A stretch of 64,000 bases of DNA from contig NW_027363086.1 in the NCBI RefSeq assembly GCF_046119375.1, forward strand, positions 1 to 64,000. Direction: 5' to 3'. Shown one piece after another: positions 22,541 to 35,494 of the stretch; within the stretch, counting starts at the first letter, position 1, and every line of letters begins with the position of its first letter. Both the position numbers and the translations under genes were made by a program. The notes under the pieces were generated by a model, which saw only the letters and a program-made list of their open reading frames with translations, was not told where the DNA came from and ran no database searches. Source of the stretch: Phyllobates terribilis (taxonomy: Eukaryota).

Positions 22541-23937
22541 ATGGATGTGGAAATACAAATGGACAGAATTAGTGAGCTGCTTCTTCAGTTAACCTGTGAA
22601 AAATTGAGAACAGTAGCAGAACATATAAAGATGTCAGAAGAACAGATTTCTAAAGCACACAACCGCAGGTAACTGTTAGCTGCCATTAATGCAAAAATGG
22701 ATGAGCTGGGGAGAAAGAAGCTGAAGACGTCATGGGGACATTCCTCCAGGAGCTAACACAGTTTCTAACCTGGCTGAAGTTTGAGGATGGAGGGGTGGCA
22801 CCAATTACCAAAAGCAGGAATCTCCATCCGCAGACAGAACTACAGGAATTTAAAGAACAATTCAAAGCCCTAACAACAGCCCTACAGGAATCAATCAAAA
22901 CCTCTGAACGGGTGACAGACTCAGACACAACCTTTACCCTGCTCGGACTAGATAAATCAGAAAGACAGTCCTCTGTAACACCACAAATCACCATAAGGAA
23001 AGAATTCAAGATCCTGGGACAGATTTGAGAGTGTGAACAGAAAGAGAAACTGTCTTATATGAACTTGCTGCACCAGATCGATGCTGGCTTACAGAAAGGC
23101 TACAAGCCAGATGAGATCATTGAGGGGGTGGTGAAAGCGATCATCCCAGGACTGAACCTCCGTAGTATGCTAGAAATGAAGAGTCAATTGACCTTGCAAC
23201 AGCTGAAGATGATTTTGAAAGGGCACTATAAAGAAGAGAGTACTTCAGAATTGTTCCACCGACTCATTAACCTCTCACAGAAAAATAATGAATCACCCCA
23301 AAGTTTCTTGTTCAGAGCAATTGAACTGAAGGAGAGATTGTTGTTTGCATCCAGAGATGTAGAAGCGGAGAAGAGGTTTGATGCTAGACTATTCCAGAAG
23401 AAGTTTTTGAGAACATTGGGAACGAGATTAATCAGCAAAGGCATCAAGTTGCAGCTGAAACAGTACCTAGAAGATCCTGGCATTCTGGACCAAGTCCTAA
23501 TTGAAAAAATGAATGAGGCAACTTGTTTGGAGTCAGAGAGCGAACAGAAGTTACAGATAGGCTCTGCTCCTAAAATCACCAAAATGAGTCAGCTGAAGCT
23601 GGGGACCCCCGGTGGCCAGTCCGAAGATCATCATGGAGACCCTCCAGTGCCACCTCCGAGAGGGAACTTTAAATCACCAACAAAAGAGAGGACCGCCAAC
23701 GCTGACTGGGAGGAAGTAATAGATCTGCGAGCCGAGTTGATTTCGGTAAAAAAGTTGATTCGTACCAGGCTGGAACCTGTATCCCTCAGACCCAGGAGTG
23801 GGTTCCAGAACAGAAGATACCCGACTTGTGAAGTGTGCCGTTCATCAAATCAGAGTACGGTGTGTGTCCACTGTCTAAGATGTGGTGAGGAAGGACATTT
23901 TGCCAAGGAATGCAAAGGGTCAGAGATGGGTCGTTGA
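22541..23937 (+). pseudogene. Element C gag (degenerate) ending in a CCHC knuckle
   Basis: KEFKILGQI...LLHQI...AIIPGLNLRSMLE and CLRCGEEGHFAKEC; stops at about 23026 and in the 5' part. Confidence 0.8.
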
Positions 23938-24966
23938 AGTAGCTGACTTCAATTCCAGCATCAAGTACAGGCCAGGAAAATGCAATGCGGATGCTGACGG
24001 ATTGTCGAGAATGCCTCTAGAGCCTATGGAGTTCATGCAAAAATTCTCGGAGGAAGTCAGTCTGGAAGCAATTGAGAGCACTACCCAAGCAGTACAAGTT
24101 TATCAGGAGGAAGACACACCATTGTGGTGTCCGTTGACGGTGGAAACCACCATAAAAGCGGGAGAATAAGATCACCCCCTGTCTATTCAACAACTACCAA
24201 AAGAAAAAATCCATAGAGCACAACGGAAAGATCAGATAATTGGTAGAATACTACTTTATGTGGACCAAGATCGGTTTCCAAGTAAACGGGAGAGAGATAA
24301 TGAATCACCAGCAGTATGTTTTAGTTAAAGAATGGACGAAGCTCTACCTCAGTGAAGACAGTATCCTGTATTGTAAAGGAGGACAAAACCGGCAGTTAGT
24401 ACTACCCAGAGTATTCCGTAGGTTGATCTTCAAAGAACTCAATGAAAACATAAGACACCTAGGAGTGGAAAGGACCACCAACTTGATCCGTGAATATTTC
24501 TTCTGACCGTACATGCAGAGAGATATTGAGAGGTATGTGACCAGGGAGTGTGGGTGTCTGAAAGATAAACATCCCAACACATCAACCCAGGCACTTATGG
24601 GCAACTACAGTATGTATCCGTTTGAGATGGTCTCAATAGACTTTCTACATCTCGAGACGTGCAAGGGTGGCTACGAATACATATTGGTGGTGATGGACCA
24701 TTTTACTCGATTTGCCCAAGCATATCCCACCACCAATAAAGCTGGTCAAACAGTGGCAGAGAAGTTCTTCAATGATTTTGCTTTGAGGTTTGGTTTCCCT
24801 ACGAGGTTACACCACGACCAAGAAAAAGAAATTGAGAACCAGCTCGTAGACAAGCTAGGAAAATACTGTAGAATTCAGAGATCCCACACAACGCCCTATC
24901 ACCTAGAGGGTAATGGACAAGTGGAACGTTTTAAGCGGACATTATTGTCGATGTTGCGCACTTTAA
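23930..24966 (+). pseudogene. Element C RNase H tail/connection and integrase N-terminal part
   Basis: YRPGKCNADADGLSR, HLGVERT, SIDFLHL, VMDHFTRFA, GNGQVERF. Interrupted at MLRTL by a MITE. Confidence 0.85.
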
Positions 24967-25376
24967 AGTGGTTGTCCACTACTTTTACATTGATGCCCAA
25001 TTCGTAGGATAGGGCATCAATGTATGATCGGCCAGGGTCCCGCACGCGGCACCCCGGCCGATCAGCTGCTACTAGCGCCGGCGGCGGTGGCCGCAGGCCG
25101 GAAGTGATCACCAGCGGAGCTCCACCGTCAAATGGTAGTGGCCGCCGCGGTGTACTGCACATCCGCCTCCTATTCAATTGAATGGGAGGCGGATGTGCAG
25201 CACACCTCGGCGGCCACTACCACTTGACGGCGGAGCCCCACAGGTGAGCACTTCAGGCCGGTGGCCAACGATAACAGCTGGTATGTGGGGGTGCCACGTG
25301 TGGGACCCTGGCCGATCATACATTGATGCCCTATCCTACGGATTGGACATAAATGTAAAAGTAGTGGACAACTTCT
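24967..25376. mobile_element. TTAA-target MITE (T2/Kolobok-like) inserted in the integrase of C; its last bases are interrupted by element D
   Basis: TTAA at 24963-24966 and 32103-32106; TIR agtggttgtcc / ggacaacttct. The same family is at 48970-49313. Confidence 0.85.
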
Positions 25377-26018
25377 TGTCAGGACTCTTGTTTTCCTTTG
25401 GGACATTTCTGCCCTTTTTCAAGATGGCGTCTTCTGTATCATGTGCCCTTACCTCCTGCCCTTATTACTCCACCCCAGCCTCTAGTCCAGTGCTAGAGTA
25501 TTTTGCCTGAGATCCTCCTTCTGGTGGCTTCCTGGCTTTCTGCATGCTCCCGAAATTCTGCTGGAATCATCTGTTCCCTGAGAGCCTGCTTCATACTCTA
25601 GTTTCCAGCATTTCTCGTGCCCCTGGCTGTTTTGTGCTGGTTCCTCTGCACCTCTGCCCTCCATCTGCTTTGGCTCTCAAGTAAGCTGCTCTGAGTTCTC
25701 AGTCTCCTTATTCGGATGGTTGCTGAGCATGGGACTGGTCTGCACTGTCCGAGACTTTACCCGGGCCTCTTTGATTGCTTCTGCATTGTATGGACTTGCT
25801 GATGTATAATGGTGAACTAACCTTGCAAAGACTCATTATTCTGTGAACTTAAGACTGAGATTTCTCTGCATTTTTGTGCAAAACACTGTGTGCTTTAATA
25901 TAGACTTTTCACCTATAAACTGTGTACTGTTGTGTCTCGCTCCACGCAAACAGTCTCCTTAGTTATCCACTATAATTGTTACAGGATACTCTAGCCCCTT
26001 TAGGAGACTGCTGGAGCA

Positions 26019-29000
26019 ATGACTGCAGAAAGCAAGTTAGAGCAGGTGTATGCCATAATTAGATCTCTGCAGAAAGATGTGGAAGGTGTGCAAAAGAGAC
26101 TTGGAGGCCTTGTGCACAATCAACAAGTGTTTGGACAAACTTTACAGGACTTAAGTATCCGTATGGCGGCTCAGGAAAACAAACTTGCTGGCTTGGAGTC
26201 CCAATATGGACGGGCTTTCCAGGACTTAAACACGCAAATAGCGGCACAAGTGACTTTACCCTCTGGTAAACCGCCACTAGCCAGTCCACCTAAGTTGCCA
26301 CCATTCAGGCTTAATGGTGATCGTGACAAATTTTGCGGTTTTGTGAACCAGTGTATGCTATATTTTGATGTGCATGTTGACCGTTTTCCTACTGATCGCT
26401 CTAAAGTATTGTGTGTAATTATGCTGCTGACCTCATGAGCGCTCGCCTGGGCGAATCCGATGATCGAGTCTCGTGATCCACGGTTAAATGATTTGGATGA
26501 GCTCTTGGCCGCTATGGCATTAATGTTTGATGACCCTAATCGCCGCGCAACTGCTGAGTCTGCTTTATTATCTGTACGCCAGGGTAAACGCTCTGTTATT
26601 GAATATGCGACTGAATTTAGGAGATTAGCGGTTGATACTAATTGGGACAGTTATGCACAATTGCCTATTTTTAAGAAAGGTCTGTCTAGAATTGTGAAGG
26701 ATGAACTAGCCCGTTCAGAGTCACCACAAGAGTTAGAAACGTTTATACAGCATTGTGTACGCATAGACATTCGTCTTACTGAGCGTAGACAGGAGAAATT
26801 GGCTGTATTTAACCGTATGTCTAATTTTTCCTTTCCTCCAAAAGAGCCTTCAGGTAAATCATCTCGGGAGGTAGAGGAGGTGGCCATGCAGATTGATTCT
26901 GTGCAGAGGCGTGAGAGTAATGAGCGCCGAGAGCACCGTCTGCGAGAGAGGCTATGTTTCTACTGCAGTCAGTCAGACCACTTCCCAATTTACTGTCCTA
27001 AGCTGTCTGACAAGGTGCTAGCAGCGGTAGGGGAGTATGATAACTGTGACGATGAGTCTGACATCTCTGAATGTAGCCTGCCATTAAACGCTGTTTTCCA
27101 TTCTGTCTCTCTGGCTACACCTCCCAGGGAGCTGCAGGAAAAGAACTCTCACTCTTCACTCCCTATTAAGATTCTGTGTACAGGGCAGTGGATTTTCAGT
27201 GCGGCTATGATTGACTCTGGCGCTGGGGGCAACTTTATGGACATTACATTCGCCAAGGAACATGGCATTGAGATACAGCGTAGAGCCTCACCAATTGCCA
27301 TGGAAACAATGGATGGGTCACCCTTAGTCTCTGGGCCTGTGGATCAGGAAACAGTACCCCTTGAAATTTTGTTGGAGCCTAATCATCAGGAGCAACTTTC
27401 TTTTCTATTAATTTCTTCTCCTCATTTTCCTGTGATTTTAGGCATCCCTTGGTTGCGTGCTTGAAACCAGATTGTCAACTGGGAGACCAAGGAGATTACC
27501 TTCCCAACAAGGAGCAACTCAGCGATTACAGAAGCCGTTCCTGAGTCCAGAGATAAAGAATCTCCTGCACAGGTTTTTACTTTACCTTCTGTGTATAAAG
27601 ATTTCTCTGATATTTGTGACCAGAAGAAAGCAGATCATCTTCTTCCACATAGGCATTATGACTATCCCATTGAGCTGCTTCCTGGGACAGCTATTCCTTT
27701 CAGTAATGTATACCCTTTGGCGGCACCTGAGCTTCAGGCCCTGAAGGAATATATTGATGAAAATCTGGCTAAAGGCTTCATACGCCCTTCTTCCTCACCA
27801 GCAGGGGCGCCTATATTTTTTGTGAAGAAAAAGGATGGGACCCTGAGACCCTGTATTGACTATAGGGAACTTAATAAGGTAACCATACGGAATCGCTATC
27901 CTTTGCTGTTGATTCCCGAATTATTGGACAGAGTTCATCATGTCAAGATATTCACTAAACTGGACCTTCGTGGGGCTTATAATCTGGTGCGTATTCGTTC
28001 CGGTGTTGAATGGAAGACAGCATTCAGATGTCGGTATGGACACTTTGAATACCTCGTGATGCCCTTTGGGCTTTGTAATGCCCCTGCGACGTTTCAACAT
28101 CTTGCTAATGACATTTTTAGAGATCTATTAGATCAGTTTGTGGTGATCTATTTGGATGATATTCTATTTTTTTCTGACTCTCTGCAGGAACATGAGGAAC
28201 ATGTCAAATCTGTTTTGAAACGTCTGATAGAGAACCATCTGTATATCAAGCCGGAGAAATTTGAGTTCCATCGTTCTGAGATCCAGTTTTTAGGTTATAT
28301 CATCTCTCCTCAGGGGCTGAACATGGAATCTGGTAAGATTCAGGCAATCCTTGACTGGCCGGTACCTAAGAACGTTAAAGAGGTCCAACGTTTTATCGGT
28401 TTTGCAAATTTCTATAGACGTTTTATTCAAAATTTTTCTGATATTGTTCGGCCCATCACTTCCTTGACCAAGAAAGAAAAGCCCTCTAAGTGGTCATCAC
28501 AGGCTCAAGAAGCTTTTGATCGGCTTAAGACCCGTTTCACCTACGTACCGCTGTTGATCCACCCAGACCCAGCACAGCCTTTCATTGTGGAGGTGGACGC
28601 TTCTGATAATGCTTTGGGGGCTACTCTCTCCCAAAGAACTGGAGAGAAGAGTCTGCTACATCCTTGTGCTTGTGGGAGACAAGGAATTGCTGGCTATTAT
28701 TGTAGCTTTCAAGGAATGGAGGCACCATCTGCAAGGAGCCACACAACAGATTGTAGTATTGACTGACCATCGGAATTTAGAGTTCCTTAGATCCGCTAGA
28801 GGTCTTTCTCCTCGGCAGGCTCGTTGGAATCTATTTTTAAATCAATTTAACTTTGTTATTTCGTACCACCCAGGTTCTCGTAATGGGAAGGCTGATGCTT
28901 TATCCCGATTCCATGCTGCGGATTCCGTACATGGAGCCCCGTCCAAGACCATTCTATCTGATGCCAACTTCATCGGAGTGATCCACAATCAAGACTTATG

Positions 29001-31574
29001 GAAGGAGTTCAAGGAGGCCTATGACAGTGATGTATTTCTGGCCAATCCTCCTGCTGATATCAATCTCGTTCTTAGGAGTGACATGTGGTTCAGAGATCGA
29101 CGTATCTACGTCCCTGAGGCCGTCCGTCAACAGATCCTCAAGTTGGTCCACGACTCCAAGTTGGCTGGTCCCAGGGGGGTACAGAAGACACAAGAATTCC
29201 TAAACAGATTTTTCTGGTGGCCGACTTGCCTGAAGGATACTAAGGACTATGTGCTCTCTTGCGAGGTATGTGCTCGTTACAAGACTCCTCGTGTGTCACC
29301 TACGGGTCTTCTTCAACCATTACCTGTTCCGTCTCGTCCATGGGGGTCTATCTCAATGGACTTCATCGTGGAGCTGCCTATGTGGCGCCCAGCTGCGCTT
29401 GGTACTACAGATCCTAGAGGGTTGCATAGAAGGATTTCTCCACAAGAGGCCCCCACAGCACACACACACCTCCACCTTCCACCTCAGACCACCAGAGGGA
29501 GCCCGTTAGAGATATAAATAGGGAAGGTGGAGCTAGGCAGCTCAGTGATTCAGCAGTTCCTGCTCAGACACAGAAGTAGTCAGTGCAGTCGAGCCAGAGC
29601 CTAGCAGTTCCTGCAGAAAGAGTTCAGTATAGTCTGTAGAGTGAGTCCAGACTAGAACTCACAGAGCTCAGGATAGAGAGCTAGGAGTGTGCCGACACTC
29701 TGAGAGTGGCGAAGAAGAGCAGCGTCCTGGCTGCAGTGTGTGTAGCCTAGTGAGGGGCTGAGCGGGGCCGAAGGCGAGTGGAAAGGGAGTGGCATAGGGG
29801 GCAGAGAAGCTTAACCAGCTCACCCCGAAGCATATACCGGACACCGGGTCCGAGTCTACGTGGATCTTCATGACCAGTAGAAAACAACCGGAACCCCTGG
29901 CGAACTACATGTCCCAGGATCACCAAAAGCTGATACGTACCAGGGTCAGGAATCACGGAGACCCCAAAGAATAGGGAGAGTGATCTCCAACAGAAGGCCC
30001 TATCACCAAGTCAGCAGGTGCAGAGCAGAAACCAGGTTAGGTCTAGCTCCAGGCAGGTCAGAAACTTACTACAGAGAGGCAAGAGACAGGAGGCTCTACA
30101 CCCGCTCACTGGGGAGGATCTTGATATGCACCCTTCACCCTACAGTGCTCCAGGATGTGCCTGAACTTCCATCAGTAAAAGGTACTGAAGTGACTTTCGT
30201 GTGTGCTCCTATTCTTGCTCTGACCCTGCTGGGTCCCCTCTGTCCTGCATCCCCCTCCCTCCTACGCTGCCCTGAGGCCCTGCTCCACCTGTGGGGAGCA
30301 ATACCATCTAAGCTGCCACAACACCGGCCTCAGTGGACTGCTGCAGCGCTGGTGATCCTCACCAGGCACCACAGGTGGCGTCACGAACATTTACAAACCT
30401 ATTATCCCAATAGACATTCCCCTCTTTTCAGTTGTCCGCCCTGGGCCACGAACCGGGCCAGCCACCATGATATCCCCCAAACATCTGAGGGCCCGGCTGC
30501 CGAGTACCCCACGGCCCCGGGGGCGCGACAACTTCATCGGGTGGTATGAATACGATCCTGGTGATAGTTGATCGTCTGACCAAGGCTGCCCATTTTGTTC
30601 CTTGCACTGGCCTCCCCTCAGCTAAGGATACAGTGAAGTTGATTATACAAAATGTTTTTCGGCTGCATGGGGTCCTGGATGAGATCATCTCTGACCATGG
30701 AGTGCAGTTTACCTCAAGATTTTGGAAGGGGTTTTGCTCTGCACTCAATATTAATGTCTGTCTTTCTTCCGCTTATCACCCTCACACAAATGGCCAGACC
30801 GAGCGTACCAATCAGACTTTGGAACAATATCTAAGATGCTATATCAGCGATCTTCAGTATGATTGGTTGGAGCTTCTTCCATTAGCTGAATTCTCTTACA
30901 ACAACTCTCAGAGTGCCTCCACTAAGTTAACACCTTTCTTTGCCAATTTGGATTTTCATCCGAGTATTTTTCCTAGGTCTCCGATTAATGCTCCTGTTCC
31001 AGCTGTAGAGGAAAGGCTGACTGCAATGAGGCAAAATTTGGAGGTTCTGAAGGAATCTCTGACCTCGGCTCAGGAACGTTACAAAAGATCGGCTGATAGA
31101 TTCCGTAAACCAGCACCCATGTTTAAGGTAGGAGATTCCGTGTGGTTATCCACTAAAAATCTAAAGTTGAACTTTCCTTCACAGAAGCTTGGATAGAAGT
31201 TCATCGGTCCTTTCAAGATCAACGGTATTGTGAGCTCTGTGGCCTGCCGTCTGAAGCTGCCTAGGAATATGAAGGTACATCCAGTTTTTCATGTTTCCTT
31301 ACTGAAGCCTGTGTCTCCTAATACCTTCCAGGGACGTGTTGTGCCACCTCCACAGCCTGTAGTGATTGATGGGCAAGAGGAATTTGTGGTGGAGGAAGTG
31401 ATTAACTCTAGGACTCGCAGGAATCGGCTTCAGTATTTGAAAAGATGGCAGGGGTATCACCCTGAAGAAGACTCTTGGGAACCTGTGGAAAACATCAATC
31501 CCCATAAAAAGATTTCTCGTTTCCATCAAAGATTCCCTGAGAAACCGGGTCCAGGATCATCCTCAGGCTGCTAG
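26019..31574 (+). pseudogene. Element D gag-pol with several stops and frameshifts, split by solo LTR E
   Basis: ORFs 26019-26438, 26460-27464, 27591-28766, 28585-29380, 30546-31196 and 31230-31574 are collinear gag-PR-RT-RH-IN-chromodomain pieces. Confidence 0.9.
29381..30530 (+). mobile_element. Solo LTR 'E' (1150 bp) inside the integrase of D
   Basis: Ends tgtggcgccc / gggcgcgaca (9/10 inverted match); TATA-like tataaata near 29513. Integrase reads DFIVELP before the LTR and SGGMNTIL after it. Confidence 0.85.
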
Positions 31575-32106
31575 TAAGGAGGGAGTAATGTCAGGACTCT
31601 GAATGTTTCATTTTCTTTTGGGACATTTCTGCCCTTTTTCAAGATGGCATCTTCTGTATCATGTGCCCTTACCTCCTGCCCTTATAACTCCACCCCAGCC
31701 TCTAGTCCAGTGCTAGAGTATTTTGCCTGAGATCCTGGCTGTTTTGTGCAGGTTCCTCTGCACCTCTGCCCTCCATCTGCTTTGGCTCTCAAGTAAGCTG
31801 CTCTGAGTTCTCAGTCTCCTTATTCGGATGGTCGCTGAGCATGGGACTGGTCTGCACTGTCCGAGACTTTACCCGGGCCTCTTTGATTGCTTCTGCATTG
31901 TATGGACTTGCTGATATATAATGGTGAACTAACCTTGCAAAGACTCATTATTCTGTGAACTTAAGACTTTGAGATTTCTCTGCATTTTTGTGCAAAACAC
32001 TGTGTGCTTTAATATAGACTTTTCACCTATAAACTGTGTACTGTTGTGTCTTGCTCCACGCAAACACTTTCCTTAGTTATCCACTATAATTGTGACACTT
32101 CTTTAA

Positions 32107-33210
32107 CAGCTGACGAGAAGAAAGACTGGAAGAGTTCTCTGTCAAAAGTGGTACATGCTTATAACTGTGCAAAGAGTGATGCAACAGGTTACTCAACCTT
32201 CTTCCTATTAAATGGCCAAGACTGCCAATCGACATCATGTTCGATACTACTGTGTCAGAGACTTACAGAACGTATCTGGAGTACGTTCGGAAATGGAAGG
32301 AACGGATGGCAGAAGCATACAACATAGCGTCCAAAGTGGTTATGCAAGGACAGAGCAAGAGTAAGGAGTACTATCATCGAAAATGTTATGGAACAGAAGT
32401 GGTACCAGTAAGCTGGGTGCTAGTCAAGAAGACAAGGTGTATGTGGTCGTAAAGAGGAAAGTCGATGACAGTCCAGTGTATGAAATCCGATTGGAAGGAG
32501 GGGACAATAAAACCAGAATAGTCTATCAGAATTTATTACTACCATGTCATTATCTCCCACCACAACAAGACTTCCCAGAAGCAGAGCGACATCGACCAAG
32601 ATCGACTAAGAGACCACCACAGATTAAAGCTCCGGTGGGAGATAGTGACCTTGAAAGTTCCAATGAAGAAGAGCACACCGTTTTATTTCTCGGACCGGCA
32701 AGGAGAGGGATGTACCATCCTCAGGAGAGTGAACTAAGTCCAGAGGCTCCAGAGTTTGTACCAAGGAGTACAGATGAAGTCCAATTCAGATCTGATGATC
32801 GAACACCGGTCACTGGAGAGACCGATCGACACTCAGGAGAAGCAGAATTACCAGACCATGTAGAACCAAGCGATTCCAGAGAAGTGCAGGAACTTACAGA
32901 GGCAGTTCCAGGAGCATCTGAGGAAGCACGGGAAATGAGTGCGGCGGAAGAAACTCCTGTGACCGAAGAACCCGTGGTATCTGAGGAACAACCCTCCAGG
33001 AGGATGTCGACTCGAGAAGTGAAGAGGCCCGTGATACTGATGTATGAGACACTTGGTGAACCGAGTCAAGTGCCAAGGACTGTCGACTGGAAACAGGTAT
33101 CTTTGCCTACGGACCAGGTAAGCCCACTGGAGTGGTATTCACCACTGAGAGGCAGTATGGAAGATGTTGCCTGGTGGAAAGACTTGTTTTCATGCTTTGA
33201 TTTTCCTTAA
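32107..33210 (+). pseudogene. Element C integrase C-terminal part with a long acidic tail
   Basis: Removing the MITE and D restores MLRTL-TADEKKDWK..VHAYN. YVVVKRK..PVYEI..VYQNLLLPC is followed by a low-complexity tail. Confidence 0.8.
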
Positions 33211-33498
33211 AAGACTTTGTAGAAATAAAGAACTGTTAAGGCCTAGTGAGAGAGACAGCTTGTTGAAGATGTACGAAAAGCTCCAGCTGAAGCTGAAGAG
33301 ATTGTGTTAATTGTGTTAATTGTTTATTTCTTACAGGAGTACTACAAGAAAAAGGTTGTAGAATAGATTGTTATAAATGTTTATAAATGTTATGCCAATT
33401 TGTATATAAAGTTACTCAACTTTCACCACTGTCTCAGAATTGGTTAGATTGACCAATTAAGAAGAATGTTGAGGACGACATTCAAAAAGGAGGGAGAG

Positions 33499-34471
33499 TG
33501 TGACATGCAGAAGTAGTGCGGTTGCTTCAAAAGCATCCAGCAACTCCAAAGACATACTGATACAGAATCTAGATTGTGAGCCCCAATGGGGACAGTGCCC
33601 ATAATGTCTGTAAATTGTCTGAATTGTAAAGCGCTGCGGAATATGTTGCCGCTATATAAATAAAAAGATTATTATTATTATAACTGTTACAAATAACACA
33701 AGCACAGGAGACAGGAAGTGTTGTGCTTCGGTAGCATCCAGCAATTAGAGGGGTTAACACAGTCACAGGAGCCAGGGAGTGTTTCAGCAGAGTCCCAGGG
33801 GGATTGTGGGGAACTTGTTATTGTAGTCTGGCTGAAGCCGAAGAGAAAGGTGGTGTGTTATCTGGATCTGACAGAAAGCAACTGAACAGGATTCAGATCA
33901 GGAAAGAAACTAAACACAGGTGAGATAAACTCCTTGAACTAACAGTGCAAAGTATTATCGGGCAGGAAGATAAGAACTGGAAGGAATTGTATCACAGAGA
34001 TCATCTCCCTTATCAAATCCTCCCCCCCTCCATTTCCATGCAGGATAAATAATGCTGTGTACTATTGTGTCCTTGTGAAGGAAAAGCCTGTGGTTGTGTA
34101 TGCATAGAAGTGTGCTGCTAAGAGATCTAATCTATGCTGAATTATGCTACTGAAGAGACTGTAATACTATGCCTTGTGAAGAAACTACTGTATTGTTACT
34201 GGAACCGGTTGCTCAAGAAACTCAGACTGTACTGTAATGAAGATTGTTGCTGTAATATCCCTGAATTGCACTGGCCATGCTTCAGATTAAATTCCACTGT
34301 TAAACTGTTGAAAAAGACTCTTGTCAGATGTGTCTGGTCAGCAATTGAATCTATCGTGTGCCTGAGAGAAGCTGCAGCCTATGGTCGCCCTGAGTAACGG
34401 TTCCCCGAGGATTCCAAAGAATTCATGAAACCTGTCTCGCCCTATCTGAACCTAGCAGCGTGCGTGTAACA
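33499..34471 (+). repeat. 3' LTR of element C (carries a SINE 3' fragment)
   Basis: Direct repeat of 21556-22389 plus a 136-bp insert. Confidence 0.92.
33546..33681 (+). mobile_element. 5'-truncated SINE 3' end with an (att)n tail, inserted in the 3' LTR of C
   Basis: Absent from the 5' LTR; flanked by aact/aact. Starts with ccaaagacatactgata, also present in the SINE at 54706-54870. Confidence 0.8.
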
Positions 34472-35494
34472 CATGTTTAACGCAATGTCACTCTATCACA
34501 CCTTATCACACAGAGGCCTTATAAATTCTAGATGATTGGAATTTTGAACAAAAAGAACTTCTGAACCTTCTGCGTATCCTGCTGACTACGCCAAATGTTT
34601 TGCCAAGTTTTTTTTAACGCTAAGGTTCGGATATGGCTTTAAAGAAGGAAACCACTTGCGATGTTACGCAATTTTATTTATAATAGTTGATTTAAAAGAT
34701 AAAATACATAATTAAAGGAATAGTATGATATGATGATATTGCGAACACTTTTGTATATGTTATAATACAAATGTTAAGTACATATATATACTCACTTCAT
34801 CACCAAGGAGCTTTTAAACATCATCCGTCGGGAATATCAGAGAAGCAATTTCACCAAGACAGAGAACTCCTAGAAATCTTCATAACACTGCATGGACAGG
34901 TATCACAACACTACACACCAGTGCAGGTACAACTTATGGCTTCTGCTCAGTAATATTCTCTCTGGCCTTATATAGTAAATGTATACTACTAAGTCTAATT
35001 CACCTTTGCCCCGACAGTGGCTGGCTGTAGGAAGAAAGATAAATCAGATACAGGCTCTTACATAGACAATGGTACACAATTCAAAAAGCTCTTAGGGATC
35101 AAGTACCGTATTTTTCGGACTATAAGACGCACTTTTTTCCTACAAAATTTTGGAGGAAAATGGGCTTACGGAGCACTGAATATTCATGCTCCTTAATAGC
35201 GGCACACAGTGTATTCCCAGTGCGGCTCCTGCTGCTGCCGGGCGATCGCTTTTGCCCGCTGTCAAAGGGCATGGATATTCACTCCCTCTCCACACCCATG
35301 GGAGTACACAGTCCCAGCGTGAGGAGCAGTGACTTCCGGCAGCTGATCTCTCCCTGTGAGCTGCGCATGGCAGTGACCCCATGCGCGGCTCACATGGCAA
35401 GATCAGTGCGGGCAGACAGAACACAGCGCTGGAGGAGAGAGAAGAAAGGTGAGTAGGAGTGTTTATTTTTTTATGTGCAGTGTGATGGGGATTA

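Larger units (their letters stand above)
25377..32097 (+). mobile_element. Chromoviral Gypsy element 'D' (gag and pol in one frame, degenerate)
   Basis: LTRs 25377-25983 and 31589-32097 (the 3' LTR lacks about 100 bp); 5-bp TSD cttct (25372-25376 / 32098-32102). Motifs IDSGAG, YLDD, IN and chromodomain EFVVEEVINSR. Confidence 0.93.
21556..34471 (+). mobile_element. Gypsy LTR retrotransposon 'C' with protease-RT-RNase H deleted, hosting nested insertions
   Basis: LTRs 21556-22389 and 33499-34471; TSD catg (21552-21555 / 34472-34475); PBS at 22391; PPT at about 33484-33498. Confidence 0.92.

Noticed and set aside
29980-30549. 189-aa ORF
   Set aside because: Inside solo LTR E, with no recognisable domain.
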